Shown piece by piece: positions 19,806-28,964 of a stretch of DNA of 64,000 bases (the stretch's first letter is position 1; each line of letters opens with the position of its first letter). Source of the stretch: a virus; IMG/VR virus record IMGVR_UViG_3300048444_000173, positions 18,363-82,362 of that record; one strand, given 5' to 3'. The position numbers and the translations under genes were made by a program. The notes below the pieces were generated by a model. The model had not been told where the DNA came from, ran no database searches, and saw only the letters and a program-made list of their open reading frames with translations.

Positions 19806-19904
19806 TATGCTATTCGCGTGTGCGTGTATATAAGAGTGTATCTAGCCGATATTGCCATATAACAGAATAGAATAGTAATAACGTTTAATATAATAAATTA
19901 ATCC

Positions 19905-19932
19905 TTGCTAGTTTTCATTGATTCGCTATAAT
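19905..19932 (+). promoter_or_regulatory. early sigma70-type promoter
   Basis: TTGCTA-N16-TATAAT with an AT-rich UP element. Confidence 0.65.
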
Positions 19933-20098
19933 TGTTTACAAGTTAAGGCGAACAACGCAACGAAAGGGTAAAATATTATGAGCAAACGTAAACAGCAACG
20001 CATTCGCAACGAACGTATTAAAGCTACTTTATTGATTTTATCAGCGCTATTACTAGGTGCACTTGGTTATATTATGGTAGTGGTATAAGGAATTTATT

Positions 20099-20329
20099 AT
20101 GATTTACATTGTAAGAGATTCGAACGACAACTTCAGCGTTACACGTACGCCACCAATGGCGCATAATGTAGGCGTAGTATCTGACTTAGCATACGAGCGC
20201 AACGGTTCAAGTGATAATCGCACTATGTACGGTGTTTTAACGCTACATTGCGAACAACGGTTATTGCAAAATGAATTGGCGGATATTGCACTAAAAACTA
20301 AATTATTAAACTTCATTAACGGGATTTAA
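20099..20329 (+). CDS. early hypothetical protein
   Basis: AAGGA RBS. Confidence 0.65.
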   Translation: MIYIVRDSNDNFSVTRTPPMAHNVGVVSDLAYERNGSSDNRTMYGVLTLHCEQRLLQNELADIALKTKLLNFINGI

Positions 20330-20450
20330 TCATGTTCTTATTCATGCTTATTTCTTCTTTTATATTCTTTGGCGTATTGCTTCATATTGGAATATCGCTA
20401 AATACTATGACCAAAGAAACTTACCAACTATTAGAAAAGAGTATTTAATT

Positions 20451-20639
20451 ATGTTTTACAACGTACACATTGAAAACAACATCGCAAAAAATACAACCGC
20501 TTCAGGCGCTGAACGTATGTTAAAAGAGTTTGGCTTGACTTCTCAGCAAATAGAACGAGCTTTACAAGTTGGCGTTGTTCCCCGTTCTTTTTGTAATTCT
20601 AAAATCAAGCTAGTTTGGATCAAAAAGGTGGGGGAATAA
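20451..20639 (+). CDS. early hypothetical protein
   Basis: Operonic. Confidence 0.6.
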   Translation: MFYNVHIENNIAKNTTASGAERMLKEFGLTSQQIERALQVGVVPRSFCNSKIKLVWIKKVGE

Positions 20640-20641
20640 CC

Positions 20642-20881
20642 ATGAATAATACTTGCGTTATTTATTGCAACGGTTTTAACCAATGGATCGTTCAAGCGGG
20701 TTTTGAAATAATCGGTCGTTATGACTCATTAAAAGGCGCTAGAATTGCAGCAACAAAAAAGGGCTTTAATCATGCAAAAATTAAAACGTGCTTTACTGGA
20801 ATTTTTAGCTGCATCAAGCGTCACAGCTATTGGTTTATTATCTTGCTATATTGCATGGACAACAACGCTTTAACGGCTTGA
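20642..20881 (+). CDS. early hypothetical protein
   Basis: GGGG RBS, start adjusted. Confidence 0.55.
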   Translation: MNNTCVIYCNGFNQWIVQAGFEIIGRYDSLKGARIAATKKGFNHAKIKTCFTGIFSCIKRHSYWFIILLYCMDNNALTA

Positions 20882-20930
20882 CAGGCTTTATAGCGTACAA
20901 TTTAACACTAAATAATAAGGGTATATTATT

Positions 20931-21407
20931 ATGAAAACTTTACAAACTCTGATCAACACTATTAACGACAACCTTGTTTTAAAAACTCGCCCCGATGATA
21001 CGCAATTTTATTGTGTTGCTGATAATGCGCCTGAATATGTGCAAGATCTAGCGCATCACGTCCATGACGATATGATGCCGGATGACTACCGGTATAAATT
21101 TTTAACGGAAACAATCCGAGAGATAGCAGATTATGACGAACAAACGCTAACTGACATGCTGACAGGTGATTATGATATTTATGACATTATCGGTGAACCT
21201 GATGTTTACAATCATAGTCTTTTACAGTGGCAAGCGTCCAACCTTTCACGCATGGAATATGCGGATGATTGTTTAGCAGAGTACGAACCTCAGTCATTAT
21301 CACAGTTGTTAATGTCTGCACAACATAAGGAAATGGTAGAAGTGTTTAACCTAATTTTATCATGGTTGGAACAACAACAATATGAGATGTGGGAAGAAGT
21401 AGCATAA
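20931..21407 (+). CDS. acidic helical protein, putative Ocr-like anti-restriction DNA mimic
   Basis: Very D/E-rich; H...PDDYRY and PDVYNHSLLQW motifs; early-region position. Confidence 0.45.
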   Translation: MKTLQTLINTINDNLVLKTRPDDTQFYCVADNAPEYVQDLAHHVHDDMMPDDYRYKFLTETIREIADYDEQTLTDMLTGDYDIYDIIGEPDVYNHSLLQWQASNLSRMEYADDCLAEYEPQSLSQLLMSAQHKEMVEVFNLILSWLEQQQYEMWEEVA

Positions 21408-21583
21408 GCACGACAACAACCAATAGCTATAATTTTATGCCGTAGTTATGGCGCTATATTTAATGCAATTAATTAAAGGGTAAAGATTATGCACAAATTA
21501 AACGACAAGAAGTTACGCAAGAATCATAAGCAATGGCGGCAAGGTCGAAAGAATCCAACTAAAAAGCAATGGGGTGTGTAATT

Positions 21584-21865
21584 ATGAAGCATTATTCAAT
21601 AGACTACTTAAACGAGCACGGAACCAATGGCGGCGTTGTCGAGCTAGAATCCGGCGATTACTATCACGTTGTTTATATTGGAGCCGATCATGTTTGGGTG
21701 TTTGGTGCAGTGTGCAACGTGGGGTTATTAATGCAAGGGTATTATGACTGTGAAGAATACGAGAGCATCGATCAAGGCTTACAGGAGTTACTAACAGACC
21801 TCGAAATGCTAGAACGTGGCGAAGGTACTAGCGCTAACTTTTATGCATACAATGAGGCGGTGTAA
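21584..21865 (+). CDS. acidic early hypothetical protein
   Basis: ORF in the early block, start adjusted. Confidence 0.65.
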   Translation: MKHYSIDYLNEHGTNGGVVELESGDYYHVVYIGADHVWVFGAVCNVGLLMQGYYDCEEYESIDQGLQELLTDLEMLERGEGTSANFYAYNEAV

Positions 21866-22055
21866 CTTATGCTTAAATTTATAGCAGGATTAATAGTGAT
21901 GTTATCATTAGCGCTAGATCATGAGGCTCAGATAATAGCAATACTTACTAGCGCTGTTATCATGGCGATTGATTTATCCGAGTTTGTTGGCGTAGGAGTG
22001 AAGGCGAATAATCGGCAACGGTAATATGAGGTGAACAATTTGAGCATAGAGTTAG

Positions 22056-22089
22056 GGCTAGGATCTGTTATAGGGTTCTAGCCTTTTTT
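22056..22089 (+). terminator. intrinsic terminator closing the early block
   Basis: GGCTAGGATC...GGTTCTAGCC followed by TTTTTT. Confidence 0.8.
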
Positions 22090-22274
22090 ATTGGGCTAAA
22101 TAATTTTAGGCGATACACTGGCGCAATAGGTAAAGGCGATTAATTATGGCAAGTTTAATCTATATAGCTATATGGTATAACCCACCACACCCCTATAACG
22201 GGGAGGAATAAGCCTTCTTACCCAGCCTAAACAGCCACGGTAAATTTCACTTGCCAAAACTTACTCCCCCTCCT

Positions 22275-22508
22275 TTACCAAGAACCCCCGACCAAACAAT
22301 TAAGCCTAGCTCTCTCACGAAAACTAATTATTTCCTGCTTGTTCAACTTACTTTGCGCCATATTCACTTGCACCACACCACACTCGTTACAAATACTGTA
22401 ATGATTCTTGACCTCTCCCTTATAACCAAATGATGTTGTATGAACAACTCTGTCACAATGTTCTGTCAAACGCCCTTCTTCACACAAAGGACATAATTGT
22501 TTATCCAT
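22275..22508 (-). CDS. MqsA/YgiT-type zinc finger protein lacking the HTH
   Basis: CPLCEEG...YKG...YSICNECG....Q...NK....FR. Confidence 0.65.
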   Translation of the reverse strand: MDKQLCPLCEEGRLTEHCDRVVHTTSFGYKGEVKNHYSICNECGVVQVNMAQSKLNKQEIISFRERARLNCLVGGSW

Positions 22509-22598
22509 GCCTTAATAACCTCCCATATCCTTTCGCCCACTAACTCGATCAAACCCTTTGTTATAATCACTACCCAAGAACCTCTCCCAGAAATAATA

Positions 22599-23081
22599 TC
22601 AGCGAACCTCATAACCACGAAACGCTGACTTTTGATACCTACCTCCTTTCCCATTCATACCATTATGATCATGTCTCGAATAAACAACTACGCCAGTATT
22701 TTTAGCAACACTTGTGCTGAATATATCTTTACCACCATTCTTAGCCATACCATAACAGGAGTAGTCCGTGTGTTTATATATTCGATAAGTTACACCTTGT
22801 TTAATTACAATATCATCCATCTGAATACACTCTTGTAATTTCTTATCCCTCCATCCCACATCGTCTGTCCACACAACTTTACCACACTCTACTTCTACAA
22901 TTCCTCGTTTGAGTAATGAGCGCAAAGCTACACTCATGTCTTGGTCACACTCCCCATCGATATATACACTATAGTAATATTGCGTAGGTTTTAGCTCATA
23001 ATCCCCTCCCCCTATGATATAGTCAATACACTTTTGCTGATTATCACTTAAGATAGGATTGGTATAGCTGTCAGGACTCAT
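22599..23081 (-). CDS. hypothetical protein
   Basis: ATGA overlap. Confidence 0.7.
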   Translation of the reverse strand: MSPDSYTNPILSDNQQKCIDYIIGGGDYELKPTQYYYSVYIDGECDQDMSVALRSLLKRGIVEVECGKVVWTDDVGWRDKKLQECIQMDDIVIKQGVTYRIYKHTDYSCYGMAKNGGKDIFSTSVAKNTGVVVYSRHDHNGMNGKGGRYQKSAFRGYEVR

Positions 23082-23530
23082 TGCATTTCCTCCAATGCTT
23101 CCTTAGCCTTAAGATAATCCATAACAAGCTCAACGTTACGGTCTGAATACTCGAACGAAATATCCTCGCAATCATCGTATATGCTAATAGTGTTGTCAGC
23201 GTAGAATGAGATGTTCATGCTGGCGTTATTTGCTAACTGTATTAAGGCATCTTTGAGATTACCTACAATAATCCGCTTAGGTTTATAATCCACTCTGTTC
23301 ATCATAGCATAAGCTGCCTCATATTCTTCTTTCGTACAGATATATGTCCAGTATTCATTATCATCAACACCGCTCTTAGTGGCAGAGTCTACAATTAAAT
23401 AAGTGGGGTAATCGTAAGCGTCATTATCTGGTGTGGACTTAATGAGATACCCATCCTCTCCAAAGTTTAATGCTTTAATACTACCCCAATCACCACCTGT
23501 GTCCACCACTGCTTGTTCAATCTTGTTCAT
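23078..23530 (-). CDS. hypothetical protein (N-terminus related to 43931..44668)
   Basis: KIEQAV...G.W and ICT..E.E shared. Confidence 0.75.
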   Translation of the reverse strand: MNKIEQAVVDTGGDWGSIKALNFGEDGYLIKSTPDNDAYDYPTYLIVDSATKSGVDDNEYWTYICTKEEYEAAYAMMNRVDYKPKRIIVGNLKDALIQLANNASMNISFYADNTISIYDDCEDISFEYSDRNVELVMDYLKAKEALEEMQ

Positions 23531-23532
23531 AA

Positions 23533-24135
23533 TTAATGCTCCTTCTCAATATGCGTATTAAACTTCTTAGAATAACGTGTAATAAACCTTGCTGTGCGTA
23601 ATACAGCGTAACATACTCCTACAGATAATATCAACCATAGTGGCAGGAAGAATATTGTTAATGCTGTTACAGCTAACACGGCAAAGAACTTAGCACAGAA
23701 CATCACTTCTATAACACTACGCCTAACTGTTTTAGTCTGTCCTTTTAGCTCCTTAGCTATTCTACGTAAAGAGCTGACTCTATAATCACCCTCACAGTCA
23801 GCATATCCACTCCCAACTATATTTCTAACTAGCCTGTGGATTATCGGGTCACTCTTCATAACCCATCCTCTATGTGAACCATGCCATTTTAATATTCTTT
23901 CTAATGATAGTCCCACATCAACTTGCTTCTCATAAGATAATGCCGACCTAATCACCCGCCTTTGTTCTTTGTCCTCATTAACGTAACGTAAAGCATAATC
24001 AATGACAGTATCAATAAAGGCCAGAACAATACACGCGAGAGGAATAGCAACAGCAATAGCGCCAACCAGAATACCGATGACCTCTTGAGTAGAGTGTTGC
24101 ATAATCCACGCAAATAAATTATCCACTTCATACAT
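23533..24135 (-). CDS. membrane protein
   Basis: Hydrophobic segments; paralog of 24197..24637. Confidence 0.75.
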   Translation of the reverse strand: MYEVDNLFAWIMQHSTQEVIGILVGAIAVAIPLACIVLAFIDTVIDYALRYVNEDKEQRRVIRSALSYEKQVDVGLSLERILKWHGSHRGWVMKSDPIIHRLVRNIVGSGYADCEGDYRVSSLRRIAKELKGQTKTVRRSVIEVMFCAKFFAVLAVTALTIFFLPLWLILSVGVCYAVLRTARFITRYSKKFNTHIEKEH

Positions 24136-24196
24136 TTCTTACCTCCTATTGGGGCATATTTCAGCCCCATTGTTATTGCTTGGGTGGTCGTCAGAC

Positions 24197-24637
24197 CTAC
24201 CACTTAACGTCGTAATCGTCTTTGTCAGCATTTTCATGCAGCTTCTCTAAGTGCTTATCAAATTTACTCTTAAGCGTATAAGCAAAACGTGCTGTGAACA
24301 ATACCCCTGCAATAACTCCTACCAAGATATATACCCAAACTGGTGTGTGCCAGATAACTAAACCAATAGTTCCACCGAAAGCTGCTGCACCAAGTGACAG
24401 GAAGATGTGCATAAGTGAACCTGCTATCCAGTCACCCAAATCTGGGGAGTTTCCACAAAGTGACCTCACAACAGTATACTCATACAAATATGTCTTAGTA
24501 TTCTCACCACGAGTAACAAAGCCAGTGATACCGCCACTCAATATCGTCACAATCAAAGGTGTCAGTACAATTAGCCCAAGTGTTACACCAACAACTGTTG
24601 CGAATACATCTCTACTTCCAAAAATCATCTCTAACAT
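24197..24637 (-). CDS. membrane protein
   Basis: Three TM segments; GGAGG RBS. Confidence 0.75.
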   Translation of the reverse strand: MLEMIFGSRDVFATVVGVTLGLIVLTPLIVTILSGGITGFVTRGENTKTYLYEYTVVRSLCGNSPDLGDWIAGSLMHIFLSLGAAAFGGTIGLVIWHTPVWVYILVGVIAGVLFTARFAYTLKSKFDKHLEKLHENADKDDYDVKW

Positions 24638-24654
24638 AATTACTTCCTCCTAAA

Positions 24655-25059
24655 TTATTTATTACTGTCATCTTCAACAAGCTCACTACGCAAGTTGAAG
24701 TCAGGCACAATTACATCTGGTTTAAATGTAACACGATAATTATATGTGCTAATATCATGTGCTGTCAACTGTTCTGAGAAGTATGTCACGTTATCAGATA
24801 ACCCTAGCATATGTTTAACATACTTCCCTTCATCGTTCTTACATGTAAATGATACACTATTACCACTGTTCTGAACAGAGCATAATCCTTGCACAGATAG
24901 GATATAATCACCCGTTATGCCATTATAGAATACTACTCTGCGTGGAATCTCAAAGTTATCTGCTGCCTTAGATAAGTTGCGAGATGCTACGTCAGCGTCA
25001 TCACAACCAGTTAATGCCAATGTAGAACCCAATACAGCCGTTGCTAATAATTTCTTCAT
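24655..25059 (-). CDS. conserved phage lipoprotein
   Basis: Lipobox LTGC; ASRNLSKAADNFEI.RRVVFYNGIT. Confidence 0.75.
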   Translation of the reverse strand: MKKLLATAVLGSTLALTGCDDADVASRNLSKAADNFEIPRRVVFYNGITGDYILSVQGLCSVQNSGNSVSFTCKNDEGKYVKHMLGLSDNVTYFSEQLTAHDISTYNYRVTFKPDVIVPDFNLRSELVEDDSNK

Positions 25060-25206
25060 ATTATTCCATCCCCTCTATTTCTGCTTCTAATTCTTCAACC
25101 TTATCTTCTAACTCACTAATCTCACTTAGATGTTCCTTTTCCATGTCTTTGACGAAGTCCTCTATTGCCCAAACCATCGACAAGGTATCATTGAAACGAT
25201 ATTCTT

Positions 25207-25653
25207 TCATAAATGCTCCTCCAATATCTCCGTTGCTAAATTACGCATATCTGAATAACTGAATATATCACGTTGGTATTTCTCTTGCAACACTTCATTT
25301 GGAATAACCATTAAGGCATTAGTGAGGTCATCAATCTGATGCCTCTTTCTCTCTGCTTCAGCTAGTCCCCGAAACCATTGCTTTAAACCCTCTTTGTCGA
25401 AGTTGTCTGTTACATACACTACTGGAATGGTTAGGACAATCACTTCTTTGTTATCCTCGTAAGGCTCACAATATTCCACAGTAACCATGACATACTCCAT
25501 TCTCCCTGATTGTTGTACATTGGTAATGTCACCAAATCTCAACGTAGCGTCACACAAGTCATTGTTCTCACTGTCCTCTGCTAGAGTATTCATAATACCC
25601 TTTAGCGTACTGTACATCCAATCTTCGGTGTTAAAGTATTGCTGTATATTCAT
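25207..25653 (-). CDS. hypothetical protein
   Basis: Operonic. Confidence 0.7.
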   Translation of the reverse strand: MNIQQYFNTEDWMYSTLKGIMNTLAEDSENNDLCDATLRFGDITNVQQSGRMEYVMVTVEYCEPYEDNKEVIVLTIPVVYVTDNFDKEGLKQWFRGLAEAERKRHQIDDLTNALMVIPNEVLQEKYQRDIFSYSDMRNLATEILEEHL

Positions 25654-25865
25654 ACATCATCCTTATTCATAGCACTGTCTATTGCCCAGCCACACATTCC
25701 ACCAATAATTGCCCATAATATCTGAACAACTATAAAGCCCAATGTCAGACCAAATGTATTCCATTGTCTTATGTCCAAAACAATAGCAACAAGTATACCA
25801 CCAACTATCATGCCCACCACTGCGCCAACAATTACGGCGTATAATTTACGATAAAGAGTTTTCAT
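25650..25865 (-). CDS. small membrane protein
   Basis: Two TM helices. Confidence 0.7.
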   Translation of the reverse strand: MKTLYRKLYAVIVGAVVGMIVGGILVAIVLDIRQWNTFGLTLGFIVVQILWAIIGGMCGWAIDSAMNKDDV

Positions 25866-26049
25866 CTATCACCTCCTCTAACCTACGCTTATTCTCATCA
25901 GCAAAACGCATGAGTATAGTCTTACGCTCTACTTTAGCCACCTCGTCGTATCTGTCCAATAACTCCAGTTGTTTATGCGTGAGGTGTCCATAAATTTGTC
26001 CATTATCATCTACGACATAACAACTATTCTTGAATCTGTATTCTTTCAC
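25846..26049 (-). CDS. hypothetical protein
   Basis: GTG start after GGAGG. Confidence 0.55.
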   Translation of the reverse strand: MKEYRFKNSCYVVDDNGQIYGHLTHKQLELLDRYDEVAKVERKTILMRFADENKRRLEEVIDENSLS

Positions 26050-26293
26050 AAGTGTGCCTCCATTTCCCGTAATAACTAGCCCTATCTGGTAATTGTAGCG
26101 CAACAGTAGCAGGAACGTCAAGCGTCTGTTTATGCCCAAGTAGGTCGGTGTAATTTACAGCAACATTTCCTTTGTCAAAATCTGTCACCGTAACATTGGC
26201 ATGAACACTCGGAACAATGTAATTTTGCACAAGTATTAGCGCAGAAACAAAGCCCAAAGCGAATAGGCTAAGGACTAGGGTGATGCACCTCAT
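26024..26293 (-). CDS. membrane-anchored hypothetical protein
   Basis: N-terminal TM helix. Confidence 0.65.
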   Translation of the reverse strand: MRCITLVLSLFALGFVSALILVQNYIVPSVHANVTVTDFDKGNVAVNYTDLLGHKQTLDVPATVALQLPDRASYYGKWRHTCERIQIQE

Positions 26294-26475
26294 TGTTTAG
26301 TCTCCAGCAGGCGATAGATTTTGTCAATGATTTCTTCGACCTCAATATAATCCCTATCTGCGCCGTAAATGAAAACCCTACTGCGCCCATCTATCTCAAC
26401 AACCCTCTCTATGTCATCTACTTGCAGAATAACACGTTTGCCATCAAGTAGCGTCAATTTAATAAACTTACTCAT
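26290..26475 (-). CDS. hypothetical protein
   Basis: Start adjusted to MSKFIKLT after GGAGG. Confidence 0.7.
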   Translation of the reverse strand: MSKFIKLTLLDGKRVILQVDDIERVVEIDGRSRVFIYGADRDYIEVEEIIDKIYRLLETKQ

Positions 26476-26476
26476 A

Positions 26477-26764
26477 TTATTTACCCTCCACTTTGTCAGG
26501 AAACTCTGCCACAATCTCTTCTAATGCTTCTAGGAATGATTTTACGTCATGTTCTTCCTTTGCTTCATTAGCAATCTCGTAATGTAATATTCCCACTAAC
26601 GCTTGCTTGAGTGTACCGTAATAACGCTCAATGCTACGATGCCCTGCTTCCCTAACCTTACCCTTGTGTACGCCACTTTGTATAGTTTCCTGTTCAAACC
26701 AGCGTTCAGGGATGTAGTTGTAAGGGTCTGTGCGAATACGCCATTTGTCGTTAATTGTAATCAT
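26477..26764 (-). CDS. hypothetical protein
   Basis: Operonic. Confidence 0.7.
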   Translation of the reverse strand: MITINDKWRIRTDPYNYIPERWFEQETIQSGVHKGKVREAGHRSIERYYGTLKQALVGILHYEIANEAKEEHDVKSFLEALEEIVAEFPDKVEGK

Positions 26765-26766
26765 AC

Positions 26767-27138
26767 TTATAACTCCCGTTTTGCTATTGGGGTTATGTCA
26801 TCAAAGTCACATAAGTCTGTACGAAAACTCCACACCTGCCCAAAGTCGTCATGTTCATAAGTGTAGTTGTACTTATTGTAGTATGCTGTACTCCCACAAT
26901 CTTTCACTTTACCATACATAGTAGCCCACTCTGGTGCTCCTGACCAATCTACACCAGTAGAACTTGCTTCCACACTTTCCTGCGCCATATTTTCAGAATT
27001 TTCGCACTTTTCTGCACCTGAGTTATTCTGCTCATGATATTGCGCCATAATTGTCAGTGCTTGTGTCAGACTGTCACACTCTACGGTGAAACTCTGCGAA
27101 CAATCCCCTGCGTACTCATTTACTGTAATCTTAATCAT
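26767..27138 (-). CDS. hypothetical protein
   Basis: DWSGAPEWA phage motif. Confidence 0.7.
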   Translation of the reverse strand: MIKITVNEYAGDCSQSFTVECDSLTQALTIMAQYHEQNNSGAEKCENSENMAQESVEASSTGVDWSGAPEWATMYGKVKDCGSTAYYNKYNYTYEHDDFGQVWSFRTDLCDFDDITPIAKREL

Positions 27139-27325
27139 AGTTATGTCCTCCTAATGCTACTCCATCAAACGATATTAAATTTGGTGCATACATCTGCTTG
27201 TCCACTGTGCTGATATTAAATTTATCAGAGTAGCACACATCCGTCAATGATACACCATGATTTTCTTGGATATAATCATGTGCTTCTTGTAACACTTGAC
27301 GAATACTCTTAACTTGTTGTGTCAT
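27131..27325 (-). CDS. hypothetical protein
   Basis: GGAGG RBS. Confidence 0.65.
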   Translation of the reverse strand: MTQQVKSIRQVLQEAHDYIQENHGVSLTDVCYSDKFNISTVDKQMYAPNLISFDGVALGGHNYD

Positions 27326-27466
27326 AATTCTCCTCCCAATACTCTACTGTAATCTTGTGCATAATATCTGATACATATTTTGGTGTAAAGGTCTTATTCA
27401 AAGATAACATATCCTTCAATTTAGTTCCAATACGCCAGTGGTCAAATATCAACTGTTCATCTCTGT

Positions 27467-27709
27467 TCATATCCATTCGTCTATCCTCTTAATATAATTA
27501 TCAATCATTTCCTGTACCTCTTCTTCGGACAACTCACCATTACCAATTCGATGTGCATAGCTCCAGTTCCGTATCAGTTCCACAGCTTCACCAACTTTAG
27601 CGTTATTCATGCTAATACAATAGAGTTGAATTTGGTGGAAGAATCGCTCGTAAATCTCGACCTTCTTTTTATCAGAATATTTACTCTGCATCTTCACCAC
27701 CACTTCCAT
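27467..27709 (-). CDS. hypothetical protein
   Basis: Operonic. Confidence 0.7.
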   Translation of the reverse strand: MEVVVKMQSKYSDKKKVEIYERFFHQIQLYCISMNNAKVGEAVELIRNWSYAHRIGNGELSEEEVQEMIDNYIKRIDEWI

Positions 27710-28013
27710 GCCACGGACAACTCATGTTGTAATATCTACGTCCTGTACCTAGTGCGTCTAGCGAATCCATCTTGCCGCAAGTACACCCATCAACTTCCAT
27801 CCAATATCTGTGGTAATTACTGTCCAGAGGAAATCCCCACAATAACTGTAGCGCATATTCTATGCCCTCAATCACGTCATTACAATGCTGTGCGTCTTTG
27901 AAGTGTATATTAGGGCGTGATAGTAATTGCTCTAATTGCTTGTGCAATTCCTCTAGGGCAATAACTCTGCGCTCATCTAAGCCTTGCTTTTCTACTAAGT
28001 GTTCATTTAGCAT
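27681..28013 (-). CDS. Cys/His-containing conserved phage protein
   Basis: LQ.LWGF..D...H..W; CTCGKMD; CPWHG. Confidence 0.7.
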   Translation of the reverse strand: MLNEHLVEKQGLDERRVIALEELHKQLEQLLSRPNIHFKDAQHCNDVIEGIEYALQLLWGFPLDSNYHRYWMEVDGCTCGKMDSLDALGTGRRYYNMSCPWHGSGGEDAE

Positions 28014-28016
28014 AGA

Positions 28017-28964
28017 TTAAAATTCCTCATTATATTTTCCAACATCAATCACGTTCGGCATATTGATCAAATTCCAGAACCGAATCATCTGGCGACGGTC
28101 ATCTAGTACAGCACTTACGTTATAAATACCTTTGATGTGTTTTTGGTACAACTCATATTTAACAATATCATCCTTGCGCTTGTCATTAGGGTTCCTCATG
28201 TGCAAATCCCACTCAATATCTTCATGCCAATCGTTTGTGATATTATTCTCAATCCATTCTAGCGTATCATCATAACAAATGCCATCACGTCCAGATAAGA
28301 ATGTTACATGACCTGTACGAAAGGCTAGTCCTTCGAGCATAGAAATAATTTCGTAGCGAGGGCGGTCTAATCCAACCTTATTCCACTCAAATGGCTTACG
28401 AATACCTTTCATGTCCGCAACTGTACCATCAATGTCACAAATAATTGTTTGGTCTAGGCTGGGGTCATCACAATACTGCTCAAATTCACCAAATTGCTCG
28501 TTATACCGCTTATATTGCGACCATAGTATTGACTCAGATAACCCACCCTCACGTTGAGCGTTACGTTTAACTAATTCCTCCCAAGAACAAGGGAATAACT
28601 TTTCCTCATACTCATAACCATTCTTCTCAGCAAATTCCTTCCACTTGTTGCGGATTTTGGGATTGAGGTTAGTATCAGAAACAATGATGTTCTTATTATT
28701 CGCAACAGCTTCTTGTGCCATCTTATCAATGACCCCTGTAACCTTGTTCTCATTACTACGCTTGAACTTATACTGAGCCCAGTCACGAACGCCGTCACAG
28801 AATAGCTCAAAACGTACGTCATCACGATTTAAGTTTCGCCAGTTATTATAGCTGACTGGTTGGTCTAAGACTGTATCACGCACTTCTTGCTGTTCAATAA
28901 ATTCCTCAGCCCAAGTTGTTTTACCTGAACCACTTGCGGCAATAGTTAAGATTAATTTCTTCAT
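28017..28964 (-). CDS. pseT: polynucleotide 5'-kinase/3'-phosphatase (T4 Pnk-like)
   Basis: P-loop ASGSGKTT, NRDDVR; HAD motif DIDGT, SGR, RKDD..K, DDR. Confidence 0.92.
   Translation of the reverse strand: MKKLILTIAASGSGKTTWAEEFIEQQEVRDTVLDQPVSYNNWRNLNRDDVRFELFCDGVRDWAQYKFKRSNENKVTGVIDKMAQEAVANNKNIIVSDTNLNPKIRNKWKEFAEKNGYEYEEKLFPCSWEELVKRNAQREGGLSESILWSQYKRYNEQFGEFEQYCDDPSLDQTIICDIDGTVADMKGIRKPFEWNKVGLDRPRYEIISMLEGLAFRTGHVTFLSGRDGICYDDTLEWIENNITNDWHEDIEWDLHMRNPNDKRKDDIVKYELYQKHIKGIYNVSAVLDDRRQMIRFWNLINMPNVIDVGKYNEEF

Noticed and set aside
20878-20901. TTGACA...TACAAT promoter
   Set aside because: Spacer is only 12 nt
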